DNA from: Elusimicrobiota bacterium
GTDB taxonomy: Bacteria > Elusimicrobiota > Elusimicrobia > UBA1565
DNA length: 64,000 nt
Reading direction: 5' to 3'
Assembly: GCA_016196755.1 (NCBI GenBank)
Contig: JACPXC010000010.1
Location: 7,802 to 71,801, forward strand
Below the pieces are notes generated by a model. That model did no database searches, was not told where the DNA came from, and saw only the letters and a program-made list of their open reading frames with translations. The first letter of the stretch is position 1. Each line of letters begins with the position of its first letter. The position numbers were made by a program, and so were the translations under genes. Shown here one piece after another: positions 40,078 to 49,457 of this stretch.

Positions 40078-41270
40078 GCGGCGCGGAGCGCGTCGCCGCG
40101 GCCTTGTTGCGCGACCGCGCGCTTCCCTCCGAGGCATGCTACCTCCTTCCGGCCGGCGCGCGCTCCTGGGCGGCACTCTCCGAGACGAGCTATCTGGCCC
40201 AGAGACGCTTCTACGAGGCGGCTGCGTGGAGCGCCCTGGGCGGACCGGCATGGTTCAGGGGCTGCCGGCGTCCCGGCGAGCTCGCCGTCGTCGGCTGCGG
40301 AGTCGGCCACGGGTTGGGCGAGATCGAGCTCCTTAGCCGCCTCGTCGCCGATCCGGCCGGGCCGCGAGTGCTCTATTGGGCGACCGACACCTCGGAGATC
40401 CTGCTTGGCGAGCACCTGGCCCGGCTGCGCGCGGCCCTGCCGGGAGCGCTGGGGGCGGGCCGCCTGCGCGTGGCTTCGGCGTGCGCCGATATCCTGAGAC
40501 TGAAAAGCGTCATCGACCTCCCGCCGGAGGTCCCGGTCCTGGCCACGGCCTTCGGCAACACGCTGGGGATCCGTCCCGGCTTGGTCATGCCGTTCATGAA
40601 GCAGTTGGAGCGCTCCTTCGGCCGGCGGCCCCGCGCCCTGCTGGCGGGGATCGGCGTCGCCGGCCGCCAGCCCTGCCGCTATCCCGCCGAGGCTTTCGAG
40701 TTTTTCCTCGAGACCCTGCGCGCGCTTGCGGCCGAGGGGGCTCTGCGCGCGGGGCCGGGAGAGTTCACCGCCGCGCCCGGGAGGCTCAACCTCCCCGTCG
40801 CGCGGGGAGCGCACCGTCTCAAGGCCTCGGGACCGCGCCTAGGCGACGTCTACCGCCTCCGCTACCGCCTGTCCTTCCCGCTGGGCTCGCCCGCGGTCGC
40901 CGACGCGCTGCCGGCCGGAACATGGCTCACGCTCGTGTCCGCCGTCCTTTTCGATCCTTCCGCTTTGCTGCGCCAGTTGCGCGCCTGGGGCTACGGCGCC
41001 GCCGCCGCGGCGCCGATCATGCCTGCCAACGGAAGGGAGTACGCGGTCGTCGCGGCGTTCTCCGGCACGCTTGCCTCAGGGCGCGTAGGCTTTGGCGAAG
41101 GGGTAGACGCCGATGCCGGCCAGCAGCACGCCGAGCAGGAAAACGATGAAGCCGTTCTCGAAAAGCGCGAGAAAGATGCCCTCCAGCTTCGGCCTGACGA
41201 CCAGCTCGCGGCGGCGGCCGCGCCGGCTGATGCCGATGTGCATGTCCATGGCCGCGGCCCCGGAAAATAG
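40074..41270 (+). CDS. Divergent SAM-dependent methyltransferase, EgtD/Methyltransf_33-like
   Basis: VVGCGVGHG motif I, YWATDTS..LL, CADI, FGNTLG and LLAGI occur in EgtD order. ATGA coupling to the ATP-grasp gene. The last 65 codons overlap the convergent gene. Confidence 0.55.
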   Translation: MSGAERVAAALLRDRALPSEACYLLPAGARSWAALSETSYLAQRRFYEAAAWSALGGPAWFRGCRRPGELAVVGCGVGHGLGEIELLSRLVADPAGPRVLYWATDTSEILLGEHLARLRAALPGALGAGRLRVASACADILRLKSVIDLPPEVPVLATAFGNTLGIRPGLVMPFMKQLERSFGRRPRALLAGIGVAGRQPCRYPAEAFEFFLETLRALAAEGALRAGPGEFTAAPGRLNLPVARGAHRLKASGPRLGDVYRLRYRLSFPLGSPAVADALPAGTWLTLVSAVLFDPSALLRQLRAWGYGAAAAAPIMPANGREYAVVAAFSGTLASGRVGFGEGVDADAGQQHAEQENDEAVLEKREKDALQLRPDDQLAAAAAPADADVHVHGRGPGK

Positions 41271-41387
41271 CGAAACGACGCCGCATGCCGCCACGACGGC
41301 TCCGAGGACGGCGAGCCAGGCGAAGGGGGTGAGGCGTCCGAGGTCGAAAAGGGCTTCTTCGAGGGCTTGGACGAACGGAGGCATCAA
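41076..41387 (-). CDS. Small two-TM hypothetical membrane protein
   Basis: Two hydrophobic helices; start overlaps the stop of the upstream gene. Confidence 0.5.
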   Translation of the reverse strand: MMPPFVQALEEALFDLGRLTPFAWLAVLGAVVAACGVVSLFSGAAAMDMHIGISRRGRRRELVVRPKLEGIFLALFENGFIVFLLGVLLAGIGVYPFAKAYAP

Positions 41388-42916
41388 CGGGCGGTCAGAA
41401 AAGCCGCGGCCGACCGCACCGCGCGAGAGAACCTAGGCCAGGCCAAGTCGGGATACTCGGCTGCGGTCTCGTGCGCCTCGGCCAGCAGTTCGTCGGCCAA
41501 ACGGCGCGCCCGCTCCGGGTCCATGCGGCCCGCCGTGGCGAAGGTGGGCGTCCCGCCCGAGGGGTTGGCGGCCTGCTTGAGCGCCGCGGCGCGCTCGAGC
41601 TTGTCGTAGTAGTTGCGTAGGGTCTCCTCGCTGGGCGCCGGGCGGGACAGCACCGTCCAGACCATCTGGGCGAGAAGCCCCAGGGCGCCGACGAGGAGGA
41701 TGGGCCAAGCCGCTTGGATATCCATTGCCGCCAGCCCGAAAGGGGCCAGCCCGTATAGTTTACCGCTTCCGGCGAAGGTGCGGTGGGCCCAGCCGGGCTT
41801 GAGCAGGCCTTTCGCCTCGAGCTCTCCGGAGAGGCGGATGAGGCCCGAAACGTCGGCGCCGCCGGCGCGGGCCGCGTCGAGGATTTCATCTAAGTGCTTG
41901 CCCATCGACTCCGGGGTCGACAGCCCGCCGTCCATGACGGCCCGGATCGACTTGCCCTCATGGATGCCGTAGGTGAACTCCCAATCCGGGCCGACTTGGC
42001 GCATGCGGGCCTTCGAGAAGTCGGTGCGGCCGGGCCCCGCGGCGCCCGCGCGGAGCCAGCGGAAGAACTCGTTGTTGCGGGCTATGGTCACGGCCCTCGC
42101 CGCGTCCTTGAGGTGGAGCGAGAGGATCGAAACGGCATCCGGCGTGGGGCGGCCCTGCTCGTCCTTCTCGGGCCAGCGGGCGCTCTTGAGGCTGCGGGCG
42201 AACGCGGCTTCGACCTCGGCGTCGTCGGCCTCGGTCTCCGCCAACTCGTCGGCGATCTTGATCCAGTCGGCAAGGCTCAAGGACGCGTCGGGGTCCATGT
42301 TCATGAGCAGCGAAAGGATGGTGACGTGCATCCCGCTCTGGCGGGCGGCGACGCTCAGCAGCCGGCCCTGCGTCATGAGGCCGCGCGTGAAATCGTCCCG
42401 TCCTTCATCGGGGGCGGCCGGTTGGAGGCCGTTCTTGGACGGGCCGGCGCCCTTGCCGTCGGCGGAGACTCCGTCGTCGGAGACGCCATTGCGGACCGTC
42501 CGGGTGCCGTCGAAGAGGGCATTGAGGCGGAGCGGTTGTATCTTCGCCTGGCCGCGCCCGCCGGGCTTCACGCCCAATGCCTCGGAGACTGCCTGGGGGA
42601 TGGATTTGCGCTCGGCGGCGGCGGCCGGAGCCGAGGCGGCGGGCAGAGGGACGGCCGTCCGGGCGGCTATGGCGGCCTGAGCCCGGGCCGGCGCTACGCT
42701 CAAGGCCGGCCGGATGCTTGATGTGAGGGAGGGCACGCTCAGCGACGGAAGCGACAACGAAGGGGTGAGGGAGGGCTGAGCCGACTGGACGCCGGCCGCG
42801 GCGCCGGCAACGCCGGGGACGGCCCCTAACGGGGCCACGGGCGCGACGGTGCGCACGGTCTGGGCGCGGAGCATGGGCGCCGTCAGCAAGACGGCCAAGG
42901 TCGCTAGCACGCGCAT
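41384..42916 (-). CDS. Hypothetical exported/membrane protein with Ala/Pro/Ser-rich N-terminal leader region
   Basis: Signal peptide, SLSLPSL region, LFDG motif and one late TM helix. TATCCT lies 7 nt before the ATG. Confidence 0.65.
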   Translation of the reverse strand: MRVLATLAVLLTAPMLRAQTVRTVAPVAPLGAVPGVAGAAAGVQSAQPSLTPSLSLPSLSVPSLTSSIRPALSVAPARAQAAIAARTAVPLPAASAPAAAAERKSIPQAVSEALGVKPGGRGQAKIQPLRLNALFDGTRTVRNGVSDDGVSADGKGAGPSKNGLQPAAPDEGRDDFTRGLMTQGRLLSVAARQSGMHVTILSLLMNMDPDASLSLADWIKIADELAETEADDAEVEAAFARSLKSARWPEKDEQGRPTPDAVSILSLHLKDAARAVTIARNNEFFRWLRAGAAGPGRTDFSKARMRQVGPDWEFTYGIHEGKSIRAVMDGGLSTPESMGKHLDEILDAARAGGADVSGLIRLSGELEAKGLLKPGWAHRTFAGSGKLYGLAPFGLAAMDIQAAWPILLVGALGLLAQMVWTVLSRPAPSEETLRNYYDKLERAAALKQAANPSGGTPTFATAGRMDPERARRLADELLAEAHETAAEYPDLAWPRFSRAVRSAAAFLTAR

Positions 42917-42964
42917 CGCATCAAGGATAACGGCTTTCCCGTCGAAGCGGCAGAGGCCGAGGGC

Positions 42965-44239
42965 CTAGGCGGAACCCAGGTCTTTAGAAAGCGGCAATAG
43001 CCAATCCGCCGCGCGCTCGGTGGCCCCGGCGAAGCCGTCTGCCGCGTTCTTCGCGTTGCGGCCCATGTTGCGCAGGCGCTCAGGGTCGCCGAGCAGGGAC
43101 TCGAGCCCCCGGGCCAGGCTGTCGGCGTCCGACACGCGCAGGCAGCCTCGCCCCTTCTCGAGCGTCGCGGCCTCGGCCTTGACCGCGTCGAGATGGGGTC
43201 CGAAGAGGACGGGGACGCCGAGCATCGCGGGCTCGAGCACGTTGTGGCCGCCCGAGCCCGGCAGCAGGGTGCCGCCGACGAAAGCGGCCTGGCCCGCCGC
43301 GTAGAGCGGGCCCAGGACCCCCATCACGTCGACGAGCAGGCACTGCGGCTCTTCGGCGAAGGGCAGGAGCTCCGACCAGCGCGTGAACGGCAGGCCTGCC
43401 TTGCGCACGAGCTCGGCCACCTCGGCCGAACGCTCGGGATGGCGCGGGGCCAAGATGAGCTTGAGGCCCGGCACCGCGGCCTTGCGGTGCGCGGCCAGGA
43501 CCAGCTCCTCCTCGCCCGGACGCGTGCTGCCGGCCACCCAGCAGGGGGAGTCCTTGAACAGCGCGCGCACGCGCTCTAGCGCGGCCGAGATGTCGTCTGG
43601 AGCAGGGGGGCGCAGGTCGTACTTCGTGTTGCCGGTGACGGCGCCGGCCTCCACGGGGACGCCCAGAGCCTCGAAACGGACCCGGTCCTCCTCGGTCTGG
43701 TAGCAGGCCCGGTGAACGCCGCCCAGGGCCAGGGCCGCCAGCGGGCGGGCCAGAAGCCAGCGACGGGCCGAGCGTTCGCTCAAGCAGGCGTTGACCAAAC
43801 CTATGGGGATCCCTCGGCGCTGAGCGGCCACCAAGGACATCGGCCAGAGCTCGCTCTCGGCGGCGATCAGCGCCGCGGGCTGCAGCCGGTCGAGGAAAGC
43901 CGAGACGCAGAGGAAGAAATCCGCGGGTACCAGGTAGGCCGCGGCCACGCCGGGCAGGGTCTTGGCCTTCTCGCGTCCGGCGGCCGTCGAGCAGGTGACG
44001 ACGACGGGCAGGCCCTTCCAGCGCGCGAGCAGGCGCTCCAACGCCTGCGTCTCGCCCACCGAGGCGGCGTGGACCCAGAGGACGGGGCCGGAACCGGTCC
44101 AGGCCGGACGCCCGAGCCGCTCGCTTAAGTCGGCAAGGCCCTCCTTGAAAGCGCCCCACCGTCCCGCCTTGGCCACCCCGGCCAGGGCGGCCAGAGCCAC
44201 GAGCGGGAAGAGGAGCTGGTAGGCTGCGAGGAAGATCAC
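42965..44239 (-). CDS. waaA: 3-deoxy-D-manno-octulosonic acid transferase
   Basis: WVHAASVGE, ESELWP, TGNTKYD, AGSTRPGEE, APRHPER, GGHNVLEPA. Confidence 0.95.
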   Translation of the reverse strand: MIFLAAYQLLFPLVALAALAGVAKAGRWGAFKEGLADLSERLGRPAWTGSGPVLWVHAASVGETQALERLLARWKGLPVVVTCSTAAGREKAKTLPGVAAAYLVPADFFLCVSAFLDRLQPAALIAAESELWPMSLVAAQRRGIPIGLVNACLSERSARRWLLARPLAALALGGVHRACYQTEEDRVRFEALGVPVEAGAVTGNTKYDLRPPAPDDISAALERVRALFKDSPCWVAGSTRPGEEELVLAAHRKAAVPGLKLILAPRHPERSAEVAELVRKAGLPFTRWSELLPFAEEPQCLLVDVMGVLGPLYAAGQAAFVGGTLLPGSGGHNVLEPAMLGVPVLFGPHLDAVKAEAATLEKGRGCLRVSDADSLARGLESLLGDPERLRNMGRNAKNAADGFAGATERAADWLLPLSKDLGSA

Positions 44240-44868
44240 GCCACGAGCCGGTCGGCCGTGTCGACGGCGCGGTTTAGGGCCGCCTCGAGCTCGGCCGTCT
44301 TGGCCGCGTCCTCGTCGCCGGGGCCGACGCGGATCAGCGGCTCGTGGACCACGACAGCTTTGGAGAAGGGCAGCGGGACGTGGAACTTGTCCCAGGACTT
44401 GCGCAGGACCAGGCGCCGGCTCGTGGCGCAGGCCAGAGGCAGGATCGGCGCGCCCGACAGGCGGGCCAGGGCCACCACGCCGGGCTTGACCTTCCGCGCG
44501 GGGCCCTTGGGGCCGTCCGGGGTGATCCCCACCCGGCGTCCCGCGGCCAACTCCTCGATGAGCTCCTTGGCGGCCGCAGCACCCCCGCGCGAGGATGAGC
44601 CGCGCGCCGCGTTGATCCCGGAGAGCGTCATCGTGCGGGCGATCATCTCGCCGTCGCGGCTGCGGCTGACGAGGACGGTAGCCAGGCTGCCGCGGTGGGT
44701 CCAGGTGAAGAAGACCTGGCGCTGGTGCCAGAAAGCGTAGATGAAGGCGCCGGCGGCCTCGGCCTGGCGCAGGTGCTCTCGCCCATGCACGCGCAGGCGC
44801 GAGGTGACCCCGACGAGGGACACGTAGCCGTAGGCGGCGTAGGGGACCGCCGCGCGCAGCAAGTCCAA
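44236..44868 (-). CDS. DUF374 / lysophospholipid acyltransferase-like protein
   Basis: AFWH, SRSRDGE, RGSSSRGG, ITPDGPKGP, SWD.F.VPLPFS. Confidence 0.88.
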   Translation of the reverse strand: MDLLRAAVPYAAYGYVSLVGVTSRLRVHGREHLRQAEAAGAFIYAFWHQRQVFFTWTHRGSLATVLVSRSRDGEMIARTMTLSGINAARGSSSRGGAAAAKELIEELAAGRRVGITPDGPKGPARKVKPGVVALARLSGAPILPLACATSRRLVLRKSWDKFHVPLPFSKAVVVHEPLIRVGPGDEDAAKTAELEAALNRAVDTADRLVA

Positions 44869-44870
44869 AC

Positions 44871-45452
44871 CTACTTCTTCGACGCGGTCTTGGCGCCGCG
44901 GCGGCCCTTGCGGGCTAGCCAGCTCACGCAGAAGGCGCGCGAGTGGCCGGGGCGGAGAGTGCCCGCCTCGGCCGTGACGCCGACCTTGGAGCCGTCGAGC
45001 TTGGCCAGGACCTTGTCGAGCGCCTCGGAGCCCTCGAGGTAGCCGATGGGGGAGAGGTCACAGCGCTCGTCCTCGACCTCTTCCTTGATGAGCGAGATGA
45101 TGAATTGGACGGCGCGCTCGCCGGCCACCGCCGCGGCGGCGTCGAGGGCCTTCCCCGAGGCGGGGTGCTCGGTGCGCAGTTCGTCGAGGGCCGCGGCGAA
45201 GTCCGGGCCCAGCGTGGTGACGGCCAGGGTGTGGGCCACGCCGGGGACCGGCGAGAGCGCGGCGGTCTCGGGGGAATCGGGGCCGTAGGAGTCGAAGAGA
45301 ACCGAGGGCTTGAGGCTTTTCTCGGCCCGGTCGAGCAGGGCGGCCAGCTTGGCGTCGTCGAGGCCCGGAAGGGGGGCGTTGGCCCCGCGCGTCACGCGAC
45401 GGCGGATCTCCTTGAAAGGCAGGCGCATGTTGAAGTCCCGGATCTTCCTCAT
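44871..45452 (-). CDS. Hypothetical protein resembling a stand-alone MetH activation domain
   Basis: TTLGP...LDAAA..A.E..V pattern and a C-terminal P.HS are reminiscent of Met_synt_B12; GGAGG RBS. Confidence 0.5.
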   Translation of the reverse strand: MRKIRDFNMRLPFKEIRRRVTRGANAPLPGLDDAKLAALLDRAEKSLKPSVLFDSYGPDSPETAALSPVPGVAHTLAVTTLGPDFAAALDELRTEHPASGKALDAAAAVAGERAVQFIISLIKEEVEDERCDLSPIGYLEGSEALDKVLAKLDGSKVGVTAEAGTLRPGHSRAFCVSWLARKGRRGAKTASKK

Positions 45453-45479
45453 GACTTCCTCCCGACCGACGCCGCGGCC

Positions 45480-46451
45480 TCAGCCGCGGCGATGCTTGCC
45501 GTGCGGCTTGCCGCCGCCGGCCGAGACGACCGGCTCCGCCAGCGCGGGGCGAGCCCCGCCGCGGCGCGTCTCCCACTCGTAGACCATGGGCGTCGCCACC
45601 GCGATCGTCGAGTAGGAGCCGACGAAGACGCCGAAGGTCATGCACAGCGCGAAGTCGTGGATGACCGCGCCTCCGAAGAGCAGGAGGGTCACGACGGTGA
45701 TGAACACCAGGCCCGAGGTGATGATCGTGCGCGAGAGGGTCTCATTGACGCTGATGTTGAGCAGTTGGTCGAGCGGCTCGCGGCGGTTCATCGTCAGGCG
45801 CTCGCGGATGCGGTCGAAGATGACGATCGTGTCGTTGATAGAGTAGCCGGCGAGAGTGAGGAGGCCGGCCACGAGGGTCAGGTCGAACTCCAGGCCGAGG
45901 AGGCTGACCAGGCCGGCGGTGGCCAGCACGTCGTGAGCCAGGGCGATGACGCCCGCCACGCCCCAGACCGGGTTCGCGAAGCGGAACCCCACGTAGATGA
46001 CGATGCCGAGCAGGCAGAAGAAGATCGCGAAGGAGGCCTGTTTGAAGAGATGGGCGCCTACCGTCGGGCCGACGAACTCCTGCGAGTCGACCCGGAACTT
46101 GGCCGCCGGGTCGGCGGCGGCGAGCTTCTTGAGGAACTCCTCGACCAGGGTGGCGTCCTGGTCCTCGCCGCGCGACTTGAGACGGATCTGGTACGCGTCG
46201 GTGCCCGTGAAGCGCTGGGGGATGGCGTCGGGGAAGCCCGCCGACTCCAGGGTCTTGCGCAGGGCGCCGATCTCCACCGGAGTCTCGTAGGTCAGCTGGA
46301 CGACGCTGCCGCCCACGAAGTCGATCGAGTAGTTGAAGCCCTTGACCGCGAGGACGATGAGGCTGCCGACGACGACGACGATAAAGACCGCGAAGGACTT
46401 GAACCGGGCGCCGATGAAGTCGAAGTGGGTCTTCTCGGAGAAGAATTCCAT
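45480..46451 (-). CDS. secF: Protein translocase subunit SecF
   Basis: IDFVGG, FVGPTVG, ALAHDV, GYSINDTIVIFDRIRE, TLSRTIITS. Confidence 0.97.
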   Translation of the reverse strand: MEFFSEKTHFDFIGARFKSFAVFIVVVVGSLIVLAVKGFNYSIDFVGGSVVQLTYETPVEIGALRKTLESAGFPDAIPQRFTGTDAYQIRLKSRGEDQDATLVEEFLKKLAAADPAAKFRVDSQEFVGPTVGAHLFKQASFAIFFCLLGIVIYVGFRFANPVWGVAGVIALAHDVLATAGLVSLLGLEFDLTLVAGLLTLAGYSINDTIVIFDRIRERLTMNRREPLDQLLNISVNETLSRTIITSGLVFITVVTLLLFGGAVIHDFALCMTFGVFVGSYSTIAVATPMVYEWETRRGGARPALAEPVVSAGGGKPHGKHRRG

Positions 46452-46458
46452 GGGGCCT

Positions 46459-47871
46459 CTATACCTTGAGCTCGTCCATCTGTCCCGAGGAGAGCAGGGA
46501 GTCGAAGATCATGCGCGTGACGACGATCGCCGTGAACATCGAGCAGACGATGCCCAGGGTCAGGGTGACCGCGAAGCCCTTGATCGGGCCGGTGCCGAAC
46601 TGGAACAGGAACAGCGCCGCGATCAGCGCGGTCAGGTTGCCGTCGACGATGGCCGAGAAGGCCTTGTCGTAGCCGGCGTCGAGTGCTATCCGGGCCGGCT
46701 TGCCGGCCTTGAGCTCCTCGCGGATGCGCTCGAAGATCAGGACGTTGGCGTCCACCGTCATGCCCACCGAGAGGAGCAGGCCGGCGATGCCCGGCAGGGT
46801 CAGGGTGGCCCCGAAGTAGGCCATGAGCGCCAGGGTGAAGATGAAGTTGAGGACCAGGGCCGCGTCGGCCACCAGGCCGCCGACCCGGTAGTAGACCAGC
46901 ATGAACACGAGGACGATCCCCAGGCCGATGCAGGCCGCCCGGGTCCCGGAGCGGATCGAGTCCTCGCCGAGGGTGGCGCCGATCGTGCGCTCCTCGATGA
47001 TGCGCAGGGGGGCGGGCAGGGCGCCGGCGCGCAGGACGATGGCCAGCTTGCGCGCCTCCTCCATGGTGAAGTTCCCCTCGATGATGCCGGAGCCGCCGCG
47101 GATGGGGCTGCGGATGGTCGGGGCCGTCTGGACCATGCCGTCGAGCACGACGGCCATGTTCTTGCCGACGTTGGCCGAGGTCAGCTCGCCGAATACCTTG
47201 CCGCCCTCCGGCTTGAACTTGAAGGCCACGATGGGCAGCCCGTTGTCCCCGGTCTCCACGCGCGCCGAGTCGAGCAGGGCGCCGGTCAGGGGGACCGTGT
47301 CGCGAAGGACGTAGAACTCCGCGCCGCGGCCGCGCCGCAAGGTCGAGCCCGCGGGAAGCATGGCCGCCGCCGCGGTGGAGAGCTGCCCGCCGGCGAAGGG
47401 GTCGCCGACCTTCTCGTAGATCTTGGTCGCCGCGTCCCGCGCGGCCTGGGTGTCGTCGACCATGCGGAACTCGAGCAGGGCGGTGGTGCCGATGATCTCC
47501 TTGGCGGCCTGGACGTTCTTGATGCCCGGGAGCTGGACCACGACCCAGCGCTCGCCCTGGCGGGCGATCAGCGGCTCGGCCACGCCCAAAGCGTCGACCC
47601 GGTTGCGCAGGATCTCGATGGCGCGCGCCAGCGCGTCCTGCACGTCGGCGTCCGGGGGAAGCTTGTCGACGGCCAGCTCCATGAGGAGGTGCGAGCCGCC
47701 GCGCAGGTCGAGGCCCAGGTTCAAGAGATGCTTGGGGCGCAGGCGCGCCATCTCCAAGCGGTCGCGCTGGACGGCGTCCATCGTGTACCAGTCGATCGAG
47801 GGATAGGCCATGAAGCAGGCGAGGACGAATAGGAAGACCACGCCGGCCCACTTGAGCTGGATCTTGGTCAT
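46459..47871 (-). CDS. secD: Protein translocase subunit SecD
   Basis: LGLDLRGG, RVDALGVAEP, LRAGALPAP, VDANVLIFERIREE, GPIKGFAVTL. Confidence 0.97.
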   Translation of the reverse strand: MTKIQLKWAGVVFLFVLACFMAYPSIDWYTMDAVQRDRLEMARLRPKHLLNLGLDLRGGSHLLMELAVDKLPPDADVQDALARAIEILRNRVDALGVAEPLIARQGERWVVVQLPGIKNVQAAKEIIGTTALLEFRMVDDTQAARDAATKIYEKVGDPFAGGQLSTAAAAMLPAGSTLRRGRGAEFYVLRDTVPLTGALLDSARVETGDNGLPIVAFKFKPEGGKVFGELTSANVGKNMAVVLDGMVQTAPTIRSPIRGGSGIIEGNFTMEEARKLAIVLRAGALPAPLRIIEERTIGATLGEDSIRSGTRAACIGLGIVLVFMLVYYRVGGLVADAALVLNFIFTLALMAYFGATLTLPGIAGLLLSVGMTVDANVLIFERIREELKAGKPARIALDAGYDKAFSAIVDGNLTALIAALFLFQFGTGPIKGFAVTLTLGIVCSMFTAIVVTRMIFDSLLSSGQMDELKV

Positions 47872-47875
47872 GGCG

Positions 47876-48190
47876 TCAGGCCTTGTCGGCGGTCTCGGCC
47901 GTCGAGGCCAGCTCGGGGCCGTTGGCCAGCTTGGCCACCGAGGCGCGGGTGATGCGGACCTTGAGGCTGTCGCCGAGCTTGACGTCGAGGTCGGGGCCGC
48001 GCAGGTCGACGATGACGGCGTACAAGCCGCCCGAGGTGACGATCCGGTCGCCCTTCTTGAGGGCGGCCAGCATGGCCTCATGCGCCTTCTGCTGCTTCTG
48101 CTGGGGGCGGATCACCAGGAAATAGAAGATAGCGACCATCGCTATCAAAGGGACGAATCCCGCCAACGGGTTGGGCTGGGCGCCGTTCAT
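47876..48190 (-). CDS. yajC: Preprotein translocase subunit YajC
   Basis: FYFLVIRPQQK, LKKGDRIVTSGG; AGGAG RBS. Confidence 0.96.
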   Translation of the reverse strand: MNGAQPNPLAGFVPLIAMVAIFYFLVIRPQQKQQKAHEAMLAALKKGDRIVTSGGLYAVIVDLRGPDLDVKLGDSLKVRITRASVAKLANGPELASTAETADKA

Positions 48191-48231
48191 GCTTTTCTCC
48201 TAATAAGAACCATCGAAATCCGCGTGCGATT

Positions 48232-49356
48232 CTAGCAAATGCCGCCCCGGTATTTGTCGAGGAAGGCTTTCCGGTCGGCCTCGAAGCGTCCCGCGACGAC
48301 GGCCTCCCGGATGCGCGCCATCGTGGCCAGGTTGAAATGGACGTTGTGGATCGTCAGCAGCCGGTAGGCGGCCAGCTCGCCGGCGCGGTAGAGGTGGCAG
48401 AGATAGGCGCGCGTGAAGGTCCGGCAGGTGTAGCAGGCGCAGCCGGGGTCCAGGGGTTCCTGGTCGTTGCGGAACGCTCCGTTCTTGATGTTGAGCCGGC
48501 CTCGGGAGCTCATGATCAGGCCGTTGCGGGCCACCCGGGTCGGCCAGACGCAGTCCATCATATCGACGCCCAGCGCCACGGCGTCCCAAAGGTCCTCGGG
48601 CGTCCCCATGCCCATGAGGTAGCGCGGCAGGCCCTCGGGCAGGGCGTCGAGAGCCTCGGCCAAGGCGGCCCAGGTCTGGGCCTTCTCCTCGCCCACCGAG
48701 AAGCCGCCGATGGCCACGCCGTGCGGGCCGGCCGAGACGATGTGCTCGGCCGCGCGACGGCGCAGGGGGCCGTACACCGAGCCCTGCAGTATGGGGAAGA
48801 ACAGATGGCCGCCGCCGGTGCGCGCGTCCTCGCGCTTGAAGGCCTCCACCGAGCGGTCGGTCCAGCGCATCGTGCGCTCGAGCGCCTTGCGGGCCTGCTC
48901 CTCGGTGCAGGGGTAGGGCGGACACTCGTCTAGCGTCGTCCACATGTCCGAGCCCAGGCGCGCCTGCAGGGCGATCACGCTCTCGGGGGTCAGGAACTGC
49001 GGCGAGCCGTCCAAGTGGGACTTGAAGACCACGCCCTTGTCGTCGACCTCGCGCAGGTCGGCCAGGCTGAAGATCTGGAAGCCCCCGGAGTCGGTGAGGA
49101 TGGCCCCGTCGTAGGCCATGAACTTGGCCAGGCCGCCGTGGGCCTCGATGACGTCGGGGCCGGGACGCAGGCCGAGGTGGTACGAGTTGGCGAGGATGGC
49201 GCGCATCCCGAGCGCCTTGATATCGTCGGCGCCGAGGGCTTTGATCGTGCCCTGGGTGGCCACCGGCATGAAGACCGGCGTCTGGACCGGGCCGTGCAGG
49301 GTCTTGAGCGTCCCTGCTCTGGTCTTTCCGTCGCGGGACTCTATTGTGAAGGTCAT
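48232..49356 (-). CDS. tgt: Queuine tRNA-ribosyltransferase
   Basis: TPVFMPVAT, TDSGGFQ, LDEC, PRYLMG, CACYTC...HN. Confidence 0.96.
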   Translation of the reverse strand: MTFTIESRDGKTRAGTLKTLHGPVQTPVFMPVATQGTIKALGADDIKALGMRAILANSYHLGLRPGPDVIEAHGGLAKFMAYDGAILTDSGGFQIFSLADLREVDDKGVVFKSHLDGSPQFLTPESVIALQARLGSDMWTTLDECPPYPCTEEQARKALERTMRWTDRSVEAFKREDARTGGGHLFFPILQGSVYGPLRRRAAEHIVSAGPHGVAIGGFSVGEEKAQTWAALAEALDALPEGLPRYLMGMGTPEDLWDAVALGVDMMDCVWPTRVARNGLIMSSRGRLNIKNGAFRNDQEPLDPGCACYTCRTFTRAYLCHLYRAGELAAYRLLTIHNVHFNLATMARIREAVVAGRFEADRKAFLDKYRGGIC

Positions 49357-49457
49357 TGAATCTTAACGCACACTGTTATACGCGCACGCAGTTAGCCCGT
49401 TCCGCGCGGCGTCTGAACACATTGGGCATGATAGTTAAAGGGACTTGGAGAGCCGGA

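Noticed and set aside
49359..49410. attC-like pair (GGCTAAC...GTTAAGA on the minus strand) downstream of the Fic gene
   Set aside because: It spans only about 37 nt, has imperfect R boxes and no L-box pairing, and there is no integrase or second site.
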